From Candidatus Eremiobacteria bacterium (GTDB lineage: Bacteria; Vulcanimicrobiota; Vulcanimicrobiia; Vulcanimicrobiales; Vulcanimicrobiaceae), in assembly GCA_963758295.1 (NCBI GenBank), contig CAVWUU010000001.1, positions 64,001 to 128,000 on the forward strand: 64,000 nt of DNA, read 5' to 3'. The position numbers and the translations under genes are program-made. The notes beneath the pieces are model-generated. The model was given only the letters and a program-made list of their open reading frames with translations. It ran no database searches and was not told the DNA's origin. Of the stretch, positions 18,863 through 28,704 are shown in pieces (position 1 is the stretch's first letter; each line of letters starts with the position of its first letter).

Positions 18863-19802
18863 TTACATCCTTCCGATACGCGCCGCGACAACCAAGCACG
18901 TATCGGAACTCGCCGCTTACTTAGAAACTCTTCAGAATGTCCAAATCGTCGTCGTCGACGCGTCGGAAGACTCGGTCTTTACTACGCATCAAGCCGCTTT
19001 TGGACCGTCGATCGTGCACGTCCGTCCCGACGGCGATATCGTCGGTGCGAACGGAAAAGTTCGCGGCGTTCTAACGGCGCTTCGCTATGTGGCGTGCGAA
19101 AAGATCGTTATTGCCGACGACGACGTTCGTTACGACCGGTGGTCGCTTCGCGCCGTACTTATAGCCTTAGACGATTTCGACATCGTGCGACCGCAGAATT
19201 ACTTCTCGCCGGTGCCGTGGCACGCCGTCCTCGATACGTCGCGCACGCTAATCAATCGTGCACTCGACGGCGACTGGCCCGGAACGCTTGCGTTCAATCG
19301 TTCTTTCGCGCCGCGCGGATACAACCCCGACGCACTATTTGAAAATCTCGAACTCGTTCGGACGGTGAAGGCACGCGGCGGCCGCGAAGCGGTGCGGCGC
19401 GACATTTACGTGCGCCGGCTTCCGCCTGCAACGGATCATTACTTCAGCCAACGCGTCCGGCAAGCGTATGACGAATTCGCGCGCCCCACGCGCCTCGCAA
19501 TCGCGCTCGCCATTCTGCCGGCGTGTATTGCAGGATTTGCGACCGGCCGCGCATGGATTGCGGGCGCCATCGCGCTTGGAGCCATAGCGATGGCGGCCGT
19601 TGGACTAATGACCGGGAACGGATACCGCTATTTTCCATGGATATCGGCGCTCGCGGCACCGCTTTGGGTGGCGGAACGCGCCGGATGCGCGTGGCTTGCG
19701 CTCTATGAACGTATTAGGTTCGGCGGCGTGCGCTATGCGGGCCGCATTGTGAAACATGCCGCGTCGTCGGAACGGGAGCTGCGTCAAAAATGGGCGGTCT
19801 GA
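18837..19802 (+). CDS. Glycosyltransferase family 2 (GT21-like) membrane protein
   Basis: VVVD, IADDDVRY (DxD), QRVRQAYD (QxxRW-like), C-terminal TM helices. Confidence 0.8.
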   Translation: MTSELPDASYILPIRAATTKHVSELAAYLETLQNVQIVVVDASEDSVFTTHQAAFGPSIVHVRPDGDIVGANGKVRGVLTALRYVACEKIVIADDDVRYDRWSLRAVLIALDDFDIVRPQNYFSPVPWHAVLDTSRTLINRALDGDWPGTLAFNRSFAPRGYNPDALFENLELVRTVKARGGREAVRRDIYVRRLPPATDHYFSQRVRQAYDEFARPTRLAIALAILPACIAGFATGRAWIAGAIALGAIAMAAVGLMTGNGYRYFPWISALAAPLWVAERAGCAWLALYERIRFGGVRYAGRIVKHAASSERELRQKWAV

Positions 19803-20581
19803 GCCCGCAACAGTCGCTCTCGCTTTACGCGAGCAAAAATCCCTTCGCAACCGAGTCGGCGCATCGCTGGAGCAATTACTCGGCCTATCTGGACGGCACG
19901 CTCGTACGGCTGCTCGATTGGCGTGAGCCGTCGGGACAGGCCAAGATGGCGCACCACGCGTTGCGTTCCTTCGTTCTTCACGAGCGCTTCTCGTGCGTCG
20001 GCGCAAAGGGCGCTTTCAGCAGCGGCGGGTACCGTTATGGCTTTTACGACGATTTCCCAACGCCAGGCGTCGAAGGGTTGGCTCGCGATTTAGCCGCGTT
20101 CGTTGCGGAGCTTCCGCACATGACCGAGAAGTACAAGTCGTTCGTAGCGGTTTTCAACGCACAGTCGTACGACGAAACGCACTTTGAACGGCAGCTCTGG
20201 CAGCAACTCCAAACGCTGCATGAAGTGGATCGTCGCTATTTTGATTGGAACGAGGAAGTTTCAAGCGATCCCGCGGATTCGCGATTTGCGTTCAGCGTAG
20301 CGGGACACCCGTTTTTCGTCGTCGGTATGCATCCGGGCGCATCGCGCCTGTCGCGGCGGTTCGCCTTTCCTACCCTGGTCTTCAACTCACACCAAATGTT
20401 TGAAGGCCTAAAGCAATCGGGCCATTTTCAGCGCATTCAAGAACACGTGCGGGCGCGCGAAATCGAATTGCAAGGGTCACTTAATCCGAACTTGGCCGAC
20501 TATGGTATCGCAAGCGAGGCGCGCCAATACTCCGGCCGCGCGGTTGAGGAAAGCTGGAAGTGTCCGTTTCACCGGTCTTGA
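19790..20581 (+). CDS. YqcI/YcgG family heme-dependent guanidino N-hydroxylase (GntA/DcsA-like)
   Basis: FSCVGAK, FAFSVAGHPFFVVGMHPGASRLSRRF, LVFN, SEARQYSGR, terminal CPF. Confidence 0.85.
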   Translation: MGGLSPQQSLSLYASKNPFATESAHRWSNYSAYLDGTLVRLLDWREPSGQAKMAHHALRSFVLHERFSCVGAKGAFSSGGYRYGFYDDFPTPGVEGLARDLAAFVAELPHMTEKYKSFVAVFNAQSYDETHFERQLWQQLQTLHEVDRRYFDWNEEVSSDPADSRFAFSVAGHPFFVVGMHPGASRLSRRFAFPTLVFNSHQMFEGLKQSGHFQRIQEHVRAREIELQGSLNPNLADYGIASEARQYSGRAVEESWKCPFHRS

Positions 20582-21144
20582 CGCGCCTGGAGCCGCAAAC
20601 CGGGACGGCGGTCGTTCTCCGCGCCGGTGAGACATTGCGCATTGTAGATCCATGCGGCGAGCAGGTTGCCGACGTGGCGATTTTCTCGCTTGCCGACCCG
20701 CGCGACTCATTTTCGCCGGGCCGCACGATGGACTATAACGAGCGGCTGGTCCCGCAAATCGGCGATATGCTGTATTCGCACCGCAGCACGCCGCTGATGC
20801 GCGTCACCGCCGATACTGTCGGCGTGCACGATCTTCTGTTAGCGCCATGCAGCGGAACGATGTTCGCACGACGAGGCGAGCTCGATCATCGAAGCTGTCA
20901 CGAGAACCTTTATAGCGCGCTCGAACCCTTCGGACTCGATTCCGACGATGTCGCGGCAACGCTGAACGTCTTCATGGACGTGCGCGTGGAACAAAACGCG
21001 ATTCGCCTCTATCCGCCGCCCAGTAAAGCCGGCGATTCGTTCGAGCTCACCGCCGAAATCGATTGCATCGTCGGAGTTGCGGCGTGCTCGTCCGAATTGA
21101 CGAACAACGGCCGGTGCAAACCGATCTGTTTTAGCGTGATCTAG
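20560..21144 (+). CDS. DUF1989 / urea carboxylase-associated family protein
   Basis: GEQVAD, HDLLLAPC, CHENL, LNVFM, ACS...NNG. Confidence 0.85.
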   Translation: MSVSPVLTRLEPQTGTAVVLRAGETLRIVDPCGEQVADVAIFSLADPRDSFSPGRTMDYNERLVPQIGDMLYSHRSTPLMRVTADTVGVHDLLLAPCSGTMFARRGELDHRSCHENLYSALEPFGLDSDDVAATLNVFMDVRVEQNAIRLYPPPSKAGDSFELTAEIDCIVGVAACSSELTNNGRCKPICFSVI

Positions 21145-22490
21145 TTTTCGGACGTGGGGAAGCGCATCGTGACGCGCGTTCCCTGGTGCGGGCCGCTTTC
21201 GAGCGAGATGGATCCGCCGACGCGCTCAACGGCGCGCTTCGCAATGGCAAGACCAAGTCCGGAGCCGTCGACTTGCGTGCGTGACGTGCCGCGGTAAAAC
21301 CGATCGAAGGCGTGCTCCACATCGACCGACTGCATGCCGGGACCGTTATCGGAGACGACGATTTGGGTGCCCGGTCCGGCGTCTTCAACCCTCACTTGAA
21401 TCGGCGACTCGGGCGCGTAGCGTACCGCATTTTCGACGACGTTCTTGATCGCTTCATAAAGTTCGGTATCGTCGGCAACGACCGATGCCGTGCCGTCGCC
21501 TTGAAATTCAATGCGATCGCCGGCGAGCGGACGCAGCGCGTCGACCGCGCGGGCAGCGACGGAACTCAGATCCACTCGCTCGAGCGACCGTTCCGGTTCG
21601 CGTTCCATCCGGGCCAGCAAGATTAGTTTTTCGATGATGGTCCGCATTTTGCGCGTTTCATCGAGCATCGTCTCGTGTACGCGGCCCACCGCGTCAGAAT
21701 CTTTAACGACACCCTGGCGCAGCGCATCTAAATACCCCATGAAAATCGTCAACGGAGTGCGCAACTCGTGCCCGGCATCCGCGATAAACTGTCGCATTTC
21801 CGCCGACTGGCGCTGTTGTTCGGCGGTGGCTGCGTTCAGCCGGTAGGCGACATCGTTATATGCCGCCGTAAGATCGTAAAGACCGGAGCCGTGCTCCAGG
21901 AGCAGCTTCGGCGTGAAATCGCCGCCCGCAATGCCGCGAAGCGCGCCCGTTACATCGGAGAGCGGTGAAATGGCGCGCCGCGTAATCGCGCGGCCGACAA
22001 TCCAGGCGATCAACACGCAAATTGCGCCGATCGGCGCCATGATCGACCAATAATGCGCAATCGAACGGCCAAACGCGTCGAAGTCCGGCTGCATCACGAC
22101 GAAACCGCCGCTAACGCGCAGGATCCGGCGATGGACGTTCATCAGTTCGGCGAGACTGCGGCCGACGGAGTCGGGATGATCGACGTAGTTGCCCGCTAAA
22201 CGGGTTCGCTTCGCGTCGTAAACCCCAATGTGAATGCGTGAGTGTGCTTCGTCGTTCGCAAGGCTTTTCGCATATTGTTGGAGCGTTTTATGCTGCGCCT
22301 GATAATACACGACGCGCTGCGTTACGCGTGCCGTCGCGCTATCTACGCTGTCATTCAAGGAGCCGGCGTAGCTAATGAACGCTAGAATCGAGGAAGCGCC
22401 GACGACGACCGCAATCAGCACGACTGCCAGAACGACGTACCCTGCCGTTAGGCGCCGCGCGAAGGGCCGAAATCGCGGTTCACTCGGCAC
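21141..22490 (-). CDS. HAMP sensor histidine kinase
   Basis: Two TMs, HAMP, H-box DAGHELRTPLT, N-box NVVENAVRY, DNGPG, GSGLGLAI. Confidence 0.95.
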   Translation of the reverse strand: MPSEPRFRPFARRLTAGYVVLAVVLIAVVVGASSILAFISYAGSLNDSVDSATARVTQRVVYYQAQHKTLQQYAKSLANDEAHSRIHIGVYDAKRTRLAGNYVDHPDSVGRSLAELMNVHRRILRVSGGFVVMQPDFDAFGRSIAHYWSIMAPIGAICVLIAWIVGRAITRRAISPLSDVTGALRGIAGGDFTPKLLLEHGSGLYDLTAAYNDVAYRLNAATAEQQRQSAEMRQFIADAGHELRTPLTIFMGYLDALRQGVVKDSDAVGRVHETMLDETRKMRTIIEKLILLARMEREPERSLERVDLSSVAARAVDALRPLAGDRIEFQGDGTASVVADDTELYEAIKNVVENAVRYAPESPIQVRVEDAGPGTQIVVSDNGPGMQSVDVEHAFDRFYRGTSRTQVDGSGLGLAIAKRAVERVGGSISLESGPHQGTRVTMRFPTSEN

Positions 22491-23163
22491 GAATCGTATA
22501 CCCGGCTCCGCGAACGGTTTGGATCAGCGGCCGGCGGAAGCCGTCGTCGATCTTTCCGCGCAAATAGGATATGTAACGCTCGACCGCATTCGTTCCAACT
22601 TCCTTATCGTTACCCCAGACCAGATCCAACAATTCGTCGCGCGTGAAGACGCGGCGCGGACGGCGAATAAGCGTGGTAAGCAAATCAAATTCGAGCGGTG
22701 AAAGGTCGACACGCTTTCCGGCTCTGGTTACCGTGTGTTCGTCGAGATTCACGAGCACGTCGTCGTAGCTAAGAATGTTGCGCTGTTCCAGCCGCGGGCG
22801 GCGCAGCTTCGCCTCCAAGTGTGCGAGCAGCTCGGACATTTCAAACGGTTTGGACAAGTAATCGTCCGCGCCGTGGCTCAATCCCTCGACTTTGCTTTCC
22901 ACTTCACCGCGGGCCGAAAGCATGATTACCGGCGCTTCGGTCACGCGTCGAAGCATGGGCAGCAGCTCGATGCCGCTGATCATTGGCATCATGACGTCGA
23001 GCACGATCAAATCCGGTTCCCAATCGCGAACGAGTTCAAGGCCGGCAGGCCCATCGGGCGCGGTGCGCACGGCGTAGCCATGGTGCCCGAGAGTCAGTTC
23101 AAGTAACTCGCGGATCCTCGGTTCGTCGTCTATTACGGCGACGCGCGGTTGGAGGTCGGTCAT
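22480..23163 (-). CDS. OmpR/PhoB family response regulator (MprA-like)
   Basis: VIDDE, LDVMMP, GADDYLSKPF, wHTH tail IQTVRGAGY; start at MTDLQP (23163). Confidence 0.95.
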   Translation of the reverse strand: MTDLQPRVAVIDDEPRIRELLELTLGHHGYAVRTAPDGPAGLELVRDWEPDLIVLDVMMPMISGIELLPMLRRVTEAPVIMLSARGEVESKVEGLSHGADDYLSKPFEMSELLAHLEAKLRRPRLEQRNILSYDDVLVNLDEHTVTRAGKRVDLSPLEFDLLTTLIRRPRRVFTRDELLDLVWGNDKEVGTNAVERYISYLRGKIDDGFRRPLIQTVRGAGYTIRAE

Positions 23164-23187
23164 TCTGCTCCAAAATCTATCGCGTGA

Positions 23188-23204
23188 GCTTGAAAGCGGC
23201 TTGA
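23188..23204 (-). promoter_or_regulatory. 11-bp-period direct repeat, putative response-regulator box
   Basis: GCTTGA at 23188 and 23199, just upstream of the regulator start. Confidence 0.4.
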
Positions 23205-23357
23205 GAGGCGCGCTTGGCTTTCTTGCAAACGCGGTTTCCGGCAAGGCGCTGCGGTGGTCCTTACCGCGATCGTTTCCCTTCCACACCCCTTCGACCATTT
23301 GCTTCACATACGCGCACTTCACACGCTGCGCGAAGTTTCGGTCGGATATCGGCGGTG

Positions 23358-23723
23358 ATGCGCAATATCGTTCCTTCGCGACCGACGTCGCCGGCCCGGC
23401 TCTCGGAGCGCGCGAATGCCGCTATACAAGGCGGACTGCTGCGCTTTCACGTGGACACGCGGCGGTTTCAACCGTATACAACATCGAGTATTATTTGTTC
23501 TTACGCCCGCTCGAAAAGCTCGACGTCCCACACGTACGCAGAAGCGCGGCAATCGTTGGCGGCCGCATTATTCGCGCGCTTGGAGATTCACAAAGCGGAC
23601 ATTTTTCGGCGTGGCATCAACGATGATCCAGACGTGCTCGACTGCGTCGCGGGGCGCTTATTGCGACGCTTGACGTCACGACCATTCGACTATTTTCGCG
23701 GCAAGGCGCACACGTGGGCGTAA
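23358..23723 (+). CDS. Hypothetical protein
   Basis: ORF fills the intergenic gap; no family recognised; start uncertain. Confidence 0.4.
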   Translation: MRNIVPSRPTSPARLSERANAAIQGGLLRFHVDTRRFQPYTTSSIICSYARSKSSTSHTYAEARQSLAAALFARLEIHKADIFRRGINDDPDVLDCVAGRLLRRLTSRPFDYFRGKAHTWA

Positions 23724-23844
23724 TACGGCGTCCTTTCACAACGACTAGGTGCGAAATGCATCTAAGCCACCGCTTTCCTAAGAACTAGGGTTCCAAGCAA
23801 GCAGCGTGCAATTTCGATGGACCTTGCTATGGAGGGGTGTCCAC

Positions 23845-24765
23845 ATGCATTTGGGTCGATCGCGCACTTTCAATTCCACGTCCGTCGCCTTGTTTTGTTC
23901 GCTTCTCGCCGCGTGCGGGGGCGGTGGAGGATCGAGCGGCGGTGGTTCGTTGCCGGGGCCCACGCCTTGTCCATCGGGCTTTACCGGTAGTCCGCCGAAT
24001 TGCACCGCACGTCCGACGACGACGACGGCAAAAGGCACGTTGGTCGACGACGTTTCCGGCGCACCGCTTTCCGGCGTGAAAGTCGAAGTGCAGCCGTGGA
24101 CTACCTATCCTACGCCCGGCCCGAGCCCAACGCCGATCGCCGTTTCCACGACAGCAGCGGATGGTTCGTTCACCGTCTCGCAACCGAACGGCACGTACAT
24201 GCTAGTGATTGGCTCCGATAGTTCGAGCGACACCGTTCGCCCGACCATCCACGACAAAATCACGCTCAACGGCCAAACCACTCTCATCGCTCCCACGCCG
24301 GCGCCTTTTCCGTTGGTGACGCCTTCTGCGATTCAACTAAGCGGCCACTATCGTCTGGCAACGCTTGACCCAACCGCAGAATTGCCTTGCGTTACGAGCT
24401 TCCAGGGGCAGCGCGTTTCTCGCTCGCTTTCAAACCGGTTGTTGACCAGTGGTTAGCTCGAGAATAACCGGCTCGACTTTGCGATAGTATCCAATGTCGC
24501 GTTTTCCGGAGGAATGGCTTCAGCGAGTAATCCGTACGCGTTTTAACTCTCGTACCTATCACGTCTCGGAGCAGGGTATTTCGAGCTGTGCTTCGATCGC
24601 TGCGGATGCCCTGGCACTAAACTTTCGACGCATCTCAAGCGGGCGTTATATGGATATGGTGGCCTTTACCGAGCTTATCAAAACGGCGGTGAAGGTTTGG
24701 GCGTTCTTCAGTATCCAGAGGATCCTCGAATAGTCGTCGATCCGAACGCGATAAGTTGGTATTAG
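23845..24765 (+). pseudogene. Lipoprotein with carboxypeptidase-regulatory-like domain; 3' part frameshifted
   Basis: GGAGG RBS, lipobox LAAC, GTLVDDVSGAPLSGVKV. After ~24430 plausible peptide continues in other frames (VVDQWL, ENNRLDF, ...PEDPRIVVDPNAISWY* ending 24765). Confidence 0.55.
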
Positions 24766-24808
24766 ACAAAGAATGATTGTACGCCGGTCGTTGCTCGTAT
24801 CGACTTCG

Positions 24809-26935
24809 TTACGGCGCGGGGGGCGTATTGCAACCAGCTTCCGTGGGCGGCAAACCCGGCGGAATACTGGGTTGCCAGACTCCTGAAAGCGGCCCTGCTT
24901 CTGCGCTTCCAAAGTCCACAGAATACTCGGGAGTGCCATTAATGCTTTGTTGGCCCCACCCGAGCGGGCAAACAATACGGGCGTTGCTGTTGGGATCATC
25001 ATCGTTGGAGAAGGATGCGCCCGTCGGGATCCATGCACGACCACCATCAAGTGATTTGTAGTAGAACGTCTCATGGTAAGCCGCTGAGTCGATGCAGGTC
25101 CGATCCGTTCGAGTACCTGCCCAGGAATAGCACTGGAAGAAAGAGTGTCCCACTATGGCACACGAATCGCCATTTGCAGGGTTGCAGAAGCTCGATGATA
25201 CAGCTGCAGCCACCGCAGCTTTCTGTATGGTGACGTTCTGATCAAGCACTGTGATCTCACAGGCGCTTACCGCGCTCGAGCCTCCCATAACAACGTATCC
25301 AGCCGTCGGCGCGAGAGCACTGGGGTACCATCCTCGAGACTGCAAAGCGGCGCCGCAATCCTGTGATATCTTGAATCCACCGGCGTAGTTAGCCTCATGC
25401 ACAGCAACAACGGCGCCGCTAGGTCCGGATAAGCAGCCGTTAGAGTCGGTTTTGATGCCAAGTCCCCAAGGGTCGGAAGTGTTGGTGAGTGGCGTTGAGT
25501 CGGCGGTCATAGAGGCGGCGCTGGGAAATGCGCGAGGTTGATTTATCGCGCAGGGCGTTACAGAAGCGTCGGCCGTAGAGCCGCCGAGCAAATAATTTAA
25601 AGCCATCGCGACATTCAAACGATCGCGGTTGGTATTCGCCAGTTGGGAACCAGCCACGGGAAATTCGATCGCGGGCGGCCACACCGCAAGAACGGAGTTG
25701 GTGACCGTAATGTGGACGTCAACGGGCGGTTCGCCATATTGGTCGCCGGCACGAATGTCGCACTGACCGGCGGCGCTCGGCGTTACTTTCAAAACCGCTA
25801 GCGCGGGCGTAGTCGAAGGGGAGGACGGCGTCGACGAAGCGGTTACGGCATACGTAGCTATTCCGGCGCAATTGTCGGTGGTTTTCAGCGATAAGTTTTC
25901 GCTGTCGAATGTTTTCCCGAAAGCAACATCTTGCGCCGCACCGAGCGGCGAGTTGAACGTGAGCGACGCCGGAGCCGGCGTTAGATCGCCCATAACTTGA
26001 ACGGCCGCGCCCGCGTGCTGTCCGTAATCGTCGACGATGTCGACCGCACAAAGACCTGGGCTGCCCGCAATTGGCGACATGGAGAATGACGCGGGCGCGT
26101 CGTTCATGCTCGAAGCGTTGGGCCAAGAATACGGCGCATTCGGCGGGTTTGGAGCGAGGCGCGGTTCGTTCGGATCGGGCGCCGTTGAATACGGCCAACC
26201 GAAATCGTAGCGCGCGACCGCGCCGCACGCGGTTCCGGCTGCAGACGCAAACCAATGCGTGTAGCCGAATTCCGCGGCGGCGAAATGTAAGGCCGTGTTG
26301 TCGGTCGTCCAATGCGCGACGAGCTGTGACGGCGTGACGACGGGCAAGTTCGGCGTCGGCGACGGATTTGGAGCCTGAACGCCGCTAACAGAATCGGCGC
26401 ATTGCAGCGTGCGCGTTTGCGTAGCGCCTTGCGGGCTCGTGAATGTCAAGACAATCCCGCCTACGGGGCAGGGCGGCTGCGATGCAATCGCATTGAACGA
26501 CGGCTCGCCTTTTGTATCGACCGCCGGATAAGACGCCAAGCCCGACGGATGGCCGGCGCTGCTGAGGAAAATCGAAAACGGCGGTTTACCGAAAGTCCGT
26601 TCCACCACTGTGGCGCTGCTTTCGATCGGCATGGCGGTCGTCGGCTGGACGGCGCCCGCCGCATTGGGCCGGCCGCGATAAACGCGAAGGATAAAGCCGG
26701 AATGGGCGCCGCTCGCATCAACGCGAGGTAACACCGCAATCGTCGCGCCGTTCCCGCTCGACGCGGCCGTTGCGCGCGCGACCGCAAGATCGGCGTCGAA
26801 GTCGTCCACCGCATTCGCCAGTGCGCCGGGGTGCATGCTCCCAAGCCAAAGTCCGCCGGCTGCAAGCAACACGGCGGTAATGGCAACGGCGATAACCATT
26901 TCAACGAGGCTGAACCCGCGTTCGCTGCTCCGCAC
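24809..26935 (-). CDS. Large prepilin-type protein (708 aa) with Cys-containing beta-rich modules
   Basis: RG|FSLVEMVIAVAI class III signal; repeated C-x-I-x-x-x-D-(Q/D) segments. Confidence 0.8.
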   Translation of the reverse strand: MRSSERGFSLVEMVIAVAITAVLLAAGGLWLGSMHPGALANAVDDFDADLAVARATAASSGNGATIAVLPRVDASGAHSGFILRVYRGRPNAAGAVQPTTAMPIESSATVVERTFGKPPFSIFLSSAGHPSGLASYPAVDTKGEPSFNAIASQPPCPVGGIVLTFTSPQGATQTRTLQCADSVSGVQAPNPSPTPNLPVVTPSQLVAHWTTDNTALHFAAAEFGYTHWFASAAGTACGAVARYDFGWPYSTAPDPNEPRLAPNPPNAPYSWPNASSMNDAPASFSMSPIAGSPGLCAVDIVDDYGQHAGAAVQVMGDLTPAPASLTFNSPLGAAQDVAFGKTFDSENLSLKTTDNCAGIATYAVTASSTPSSPSTTPALAVLKVTPSAAGQCDIRAGDQYGEPPVDVHITVTNSVLAVWPPAIEFPVAGSQLANTNRDRLNVAMALNYLLGGSTADASVTPCAINQPRAFPSAASMTADSTPLTNTSDPWGLGIKTDSNGCLSGPSGAVVAVHEANYAGGFKISQDCGAALQSRGWYPSALAPTAGYVVMGGSSAVSACEITVLDQNVTIQKAAVAAAVSSSFCNPANGDSCAIVGHSFFQCYSWAGTRTDRTCIDSAAYHETFYYKSLDGGRAWIPTGASFSNDDDPNSNARIVCPLGWGQQSINGTPEYSVDFGSAEAGPLSGVWQPSIPPGLPPTEAGCNTPPAP

Positions 26936-26961
26936 GAGGCGGTAAGTGCCACGGAATACCG

Positions 26962-27438
26962 CTACGGTGACAGCCGGTCGACGCGGGCAGCATAACAGCC
27001 TCGCCCGGCATAGTGCACGTGCAAATAGGCGATGTCGGCATTCGCGAAGAGTTGCGCAATTGTCGTACGAACGTTAGACCCTTCGGCGATATCGGCATCG
27101 ACGATGTTGCCTGCAGCGTCGAATCCGCGAACCGATAGATAGGTACGCGAGCTGAGCACAGCGGGAACTTCGTCGACGAAGGTCGCGCGCTCGGTCGCAC
27201 TTTCGTTCACGAAGATCGCGTGCGATGCACGATACGGCGTTTCAGCCGGCTGATGCTCGTAGTTGAGCAATATAAGCGTATCGCCGGGTTTCGCGTCGGC
27301 GAGCGAAACGCGGCACGGGAATCCGGTCGGCGCATCAGCCGTAACGCGCACAGCGTTACGCTCGGCCAGCTCGGCATCGCTCAAGGCTTTCAGAGTTGTG
27401 AACTGTTCGGGATCGAGGCCGCAAATGACAAAGCTCAT
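26962..27438 (-). CDS. DUF1203 domain protein
   Basis: PCRVSLADA, PYRASHAIFV, LSVRGFD, YLHVHYAGRGCYAARV. Confidence 0.9.
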   Translation of the reverse strand: MSFVICGLDPEQFTTLKALSDAELAERNAVRVTADAPTGFPCRVSLADAKPGDTLILLNYEHQPAETPYRASHAIFVNESATERATFVDEVPAVLSSRTYLSVRGFDAAGNIVDADIAEGSNVRTTIAQLFANADIAYLHVHYAGRGCYAARVDRLSP

Positions 27439-27460
27439 GCCTCAATTGTGAGGCATGAGC
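27433..27460. promoter_or_regulatory. Perfect 12-bp inverted repeat overlapping the DUF1203 start codon
   Basis: GCTCATGCCTCA-ATTG-TGAGGCATGAGC. Confidence 0.6.
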
Positions 27461-27492
27461 CTTGCCGGGGCGACCCGATTCTTGCGCGAGCG

Positions 27493-28704
27493 CTATTCGA
27501 AGCGCAGGGCCTCGATCGGGTGGAGGTTCGCCGCTTTTTGCGCCGGATAGTATCCGAAGAAGACGCCGACGAAGGCGCTGAACGCCACCGACGCCAGGAC
27601 CCATCCGAGCGGAATTTGCGTTGGCCATTTCGCAAGCGCGGCCACCAGGCCGGTGCTTGCGAAGCCGAGGATTACACCGATCAATCCGCCGATCGTAGCG
27701 AGCACGATCGATTCGGTCAGGAACTGGCGCAGAATGATCTTTCCACGCGCGCCAACGGCCATGCGTAAGCCGATCTCACGCGTGCGCTCGGTGACCGACA
27801 CCATCATGATGTTCATGATGCCGATGCCGCCGACTATAAGCGACACGGCAGCAACACCGGCGAGCAAGAATTCCATCACGGCACCGGTCGAAGATGCGGC
27901 CGCCGCAATCGATTGCAGGTTGCGCACCTGGAAGTCGTCGTTTTGGGACGAGGTGATGTGATGGCGTTGTTCAAGCGTCGACGTTACAAGCTGCTGCACA
28001 GCATCGATGTTGTCGCCGTCCTTTGCCGAAACCATGAGCTGATTGACGGTCGTGAGTCCGGTGATGCGCTGCATTGCCGATGTGTAGGGAATGAGAATCG
28101 TGTCGTCTTGGTCTTGCCCAAGGCCGCTCTGACCGAGCGGGCTGAGCGTTCCAACGATCGTAAACGGCACGCCCTTCAGGATGATCGTTTGACCGACCGG
28201 ATTCACGCCGCCGGGGAAGAGTTGCTGCACGACGGTTTGTCCGAGCACCGCGACCTTCGCGGACGACGTTACGTCGTTTTGCGAAAAGAACGCACCGTTT
28301 GCAATTGGCCACGACCGGATGAACGTGTACGTCGGCGCGACGCCGCTGACAGTGGTTTGCCAGTTGTTGCCGCCGGCAACGGCCTGCGTGCGAATCGTGA
28401 CAAGCGGCGAGACCGCCGCGACGCCGGGCACTTGCGCGAGCGACATGCCGTCTTCGGGCGTCAACGTCGATGCCGTGCCGAATCCGCCGCGCGCGCCGCT
28501 CGTGGTAACCGATCCCGGTTGAACCACGATTAGATTCGATCCCAAGCTATTGATGCTCGCCTGCACGGAAGCCCGCGCACCCGACCCGATCGCGACCGTC
28601 ACGATGACGGCGGCGACGCCGATCACGATGCCGAGCATCGTCAGGATCGACCGCGCTTTATTGCGGATCAGCGCTTGCAGCGCGAGTTTGAGAGTGTTTT
28701 TCAT
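27493..28704 (-). CDS. MacB-family ABC transporter permease
   Basis: RSILTMLGIVIGVAAV, GGIGIMNIMMVSVTERTREIGLRMAVGA, PIEALRFE. Confidence 0.95.
   Translation of the reverse strand: MKNTLKLALQALIRNKARSILTMLGIVIGVAAVIVTVAIGSGARASVQASINSLGSNLIVVQPGSVTTSGARGGFGTASTLTPEDGMSLAQVPGVAAVSPLVTIRTQAVAGGNNWQTTVSGVAPTYTFIRSWPIANGAFFSQNDVTSSAKVAVLGQTVVQQLFPGGVNPVGQTIILKGVPFTIVGTLSPLGQSGLGQDQDDTILIPYTSAMQRITGLTTVNQLMVSAKDGDNIDAVQQLVTSTLEQRHHITSSQNDDFQVRNLQSIAAAASSTGAVMEFLLAGVAAVSLIVGGIGIMNIMMVSVTERTREIGLRMAVGARGKIILRQFLTESIVLATIGGLIGVILGFASTGLVAALAKWPTQIPLGWVLASVAFSAFVGVFFGYYPAQKAANLHPIEALRFE

Noticed and set aside
24809..25300. Diversity-generating retroelement target in the pilin tail
   Set aside because: No reverse transcriptase and no near-identical template repeat seen in the window.
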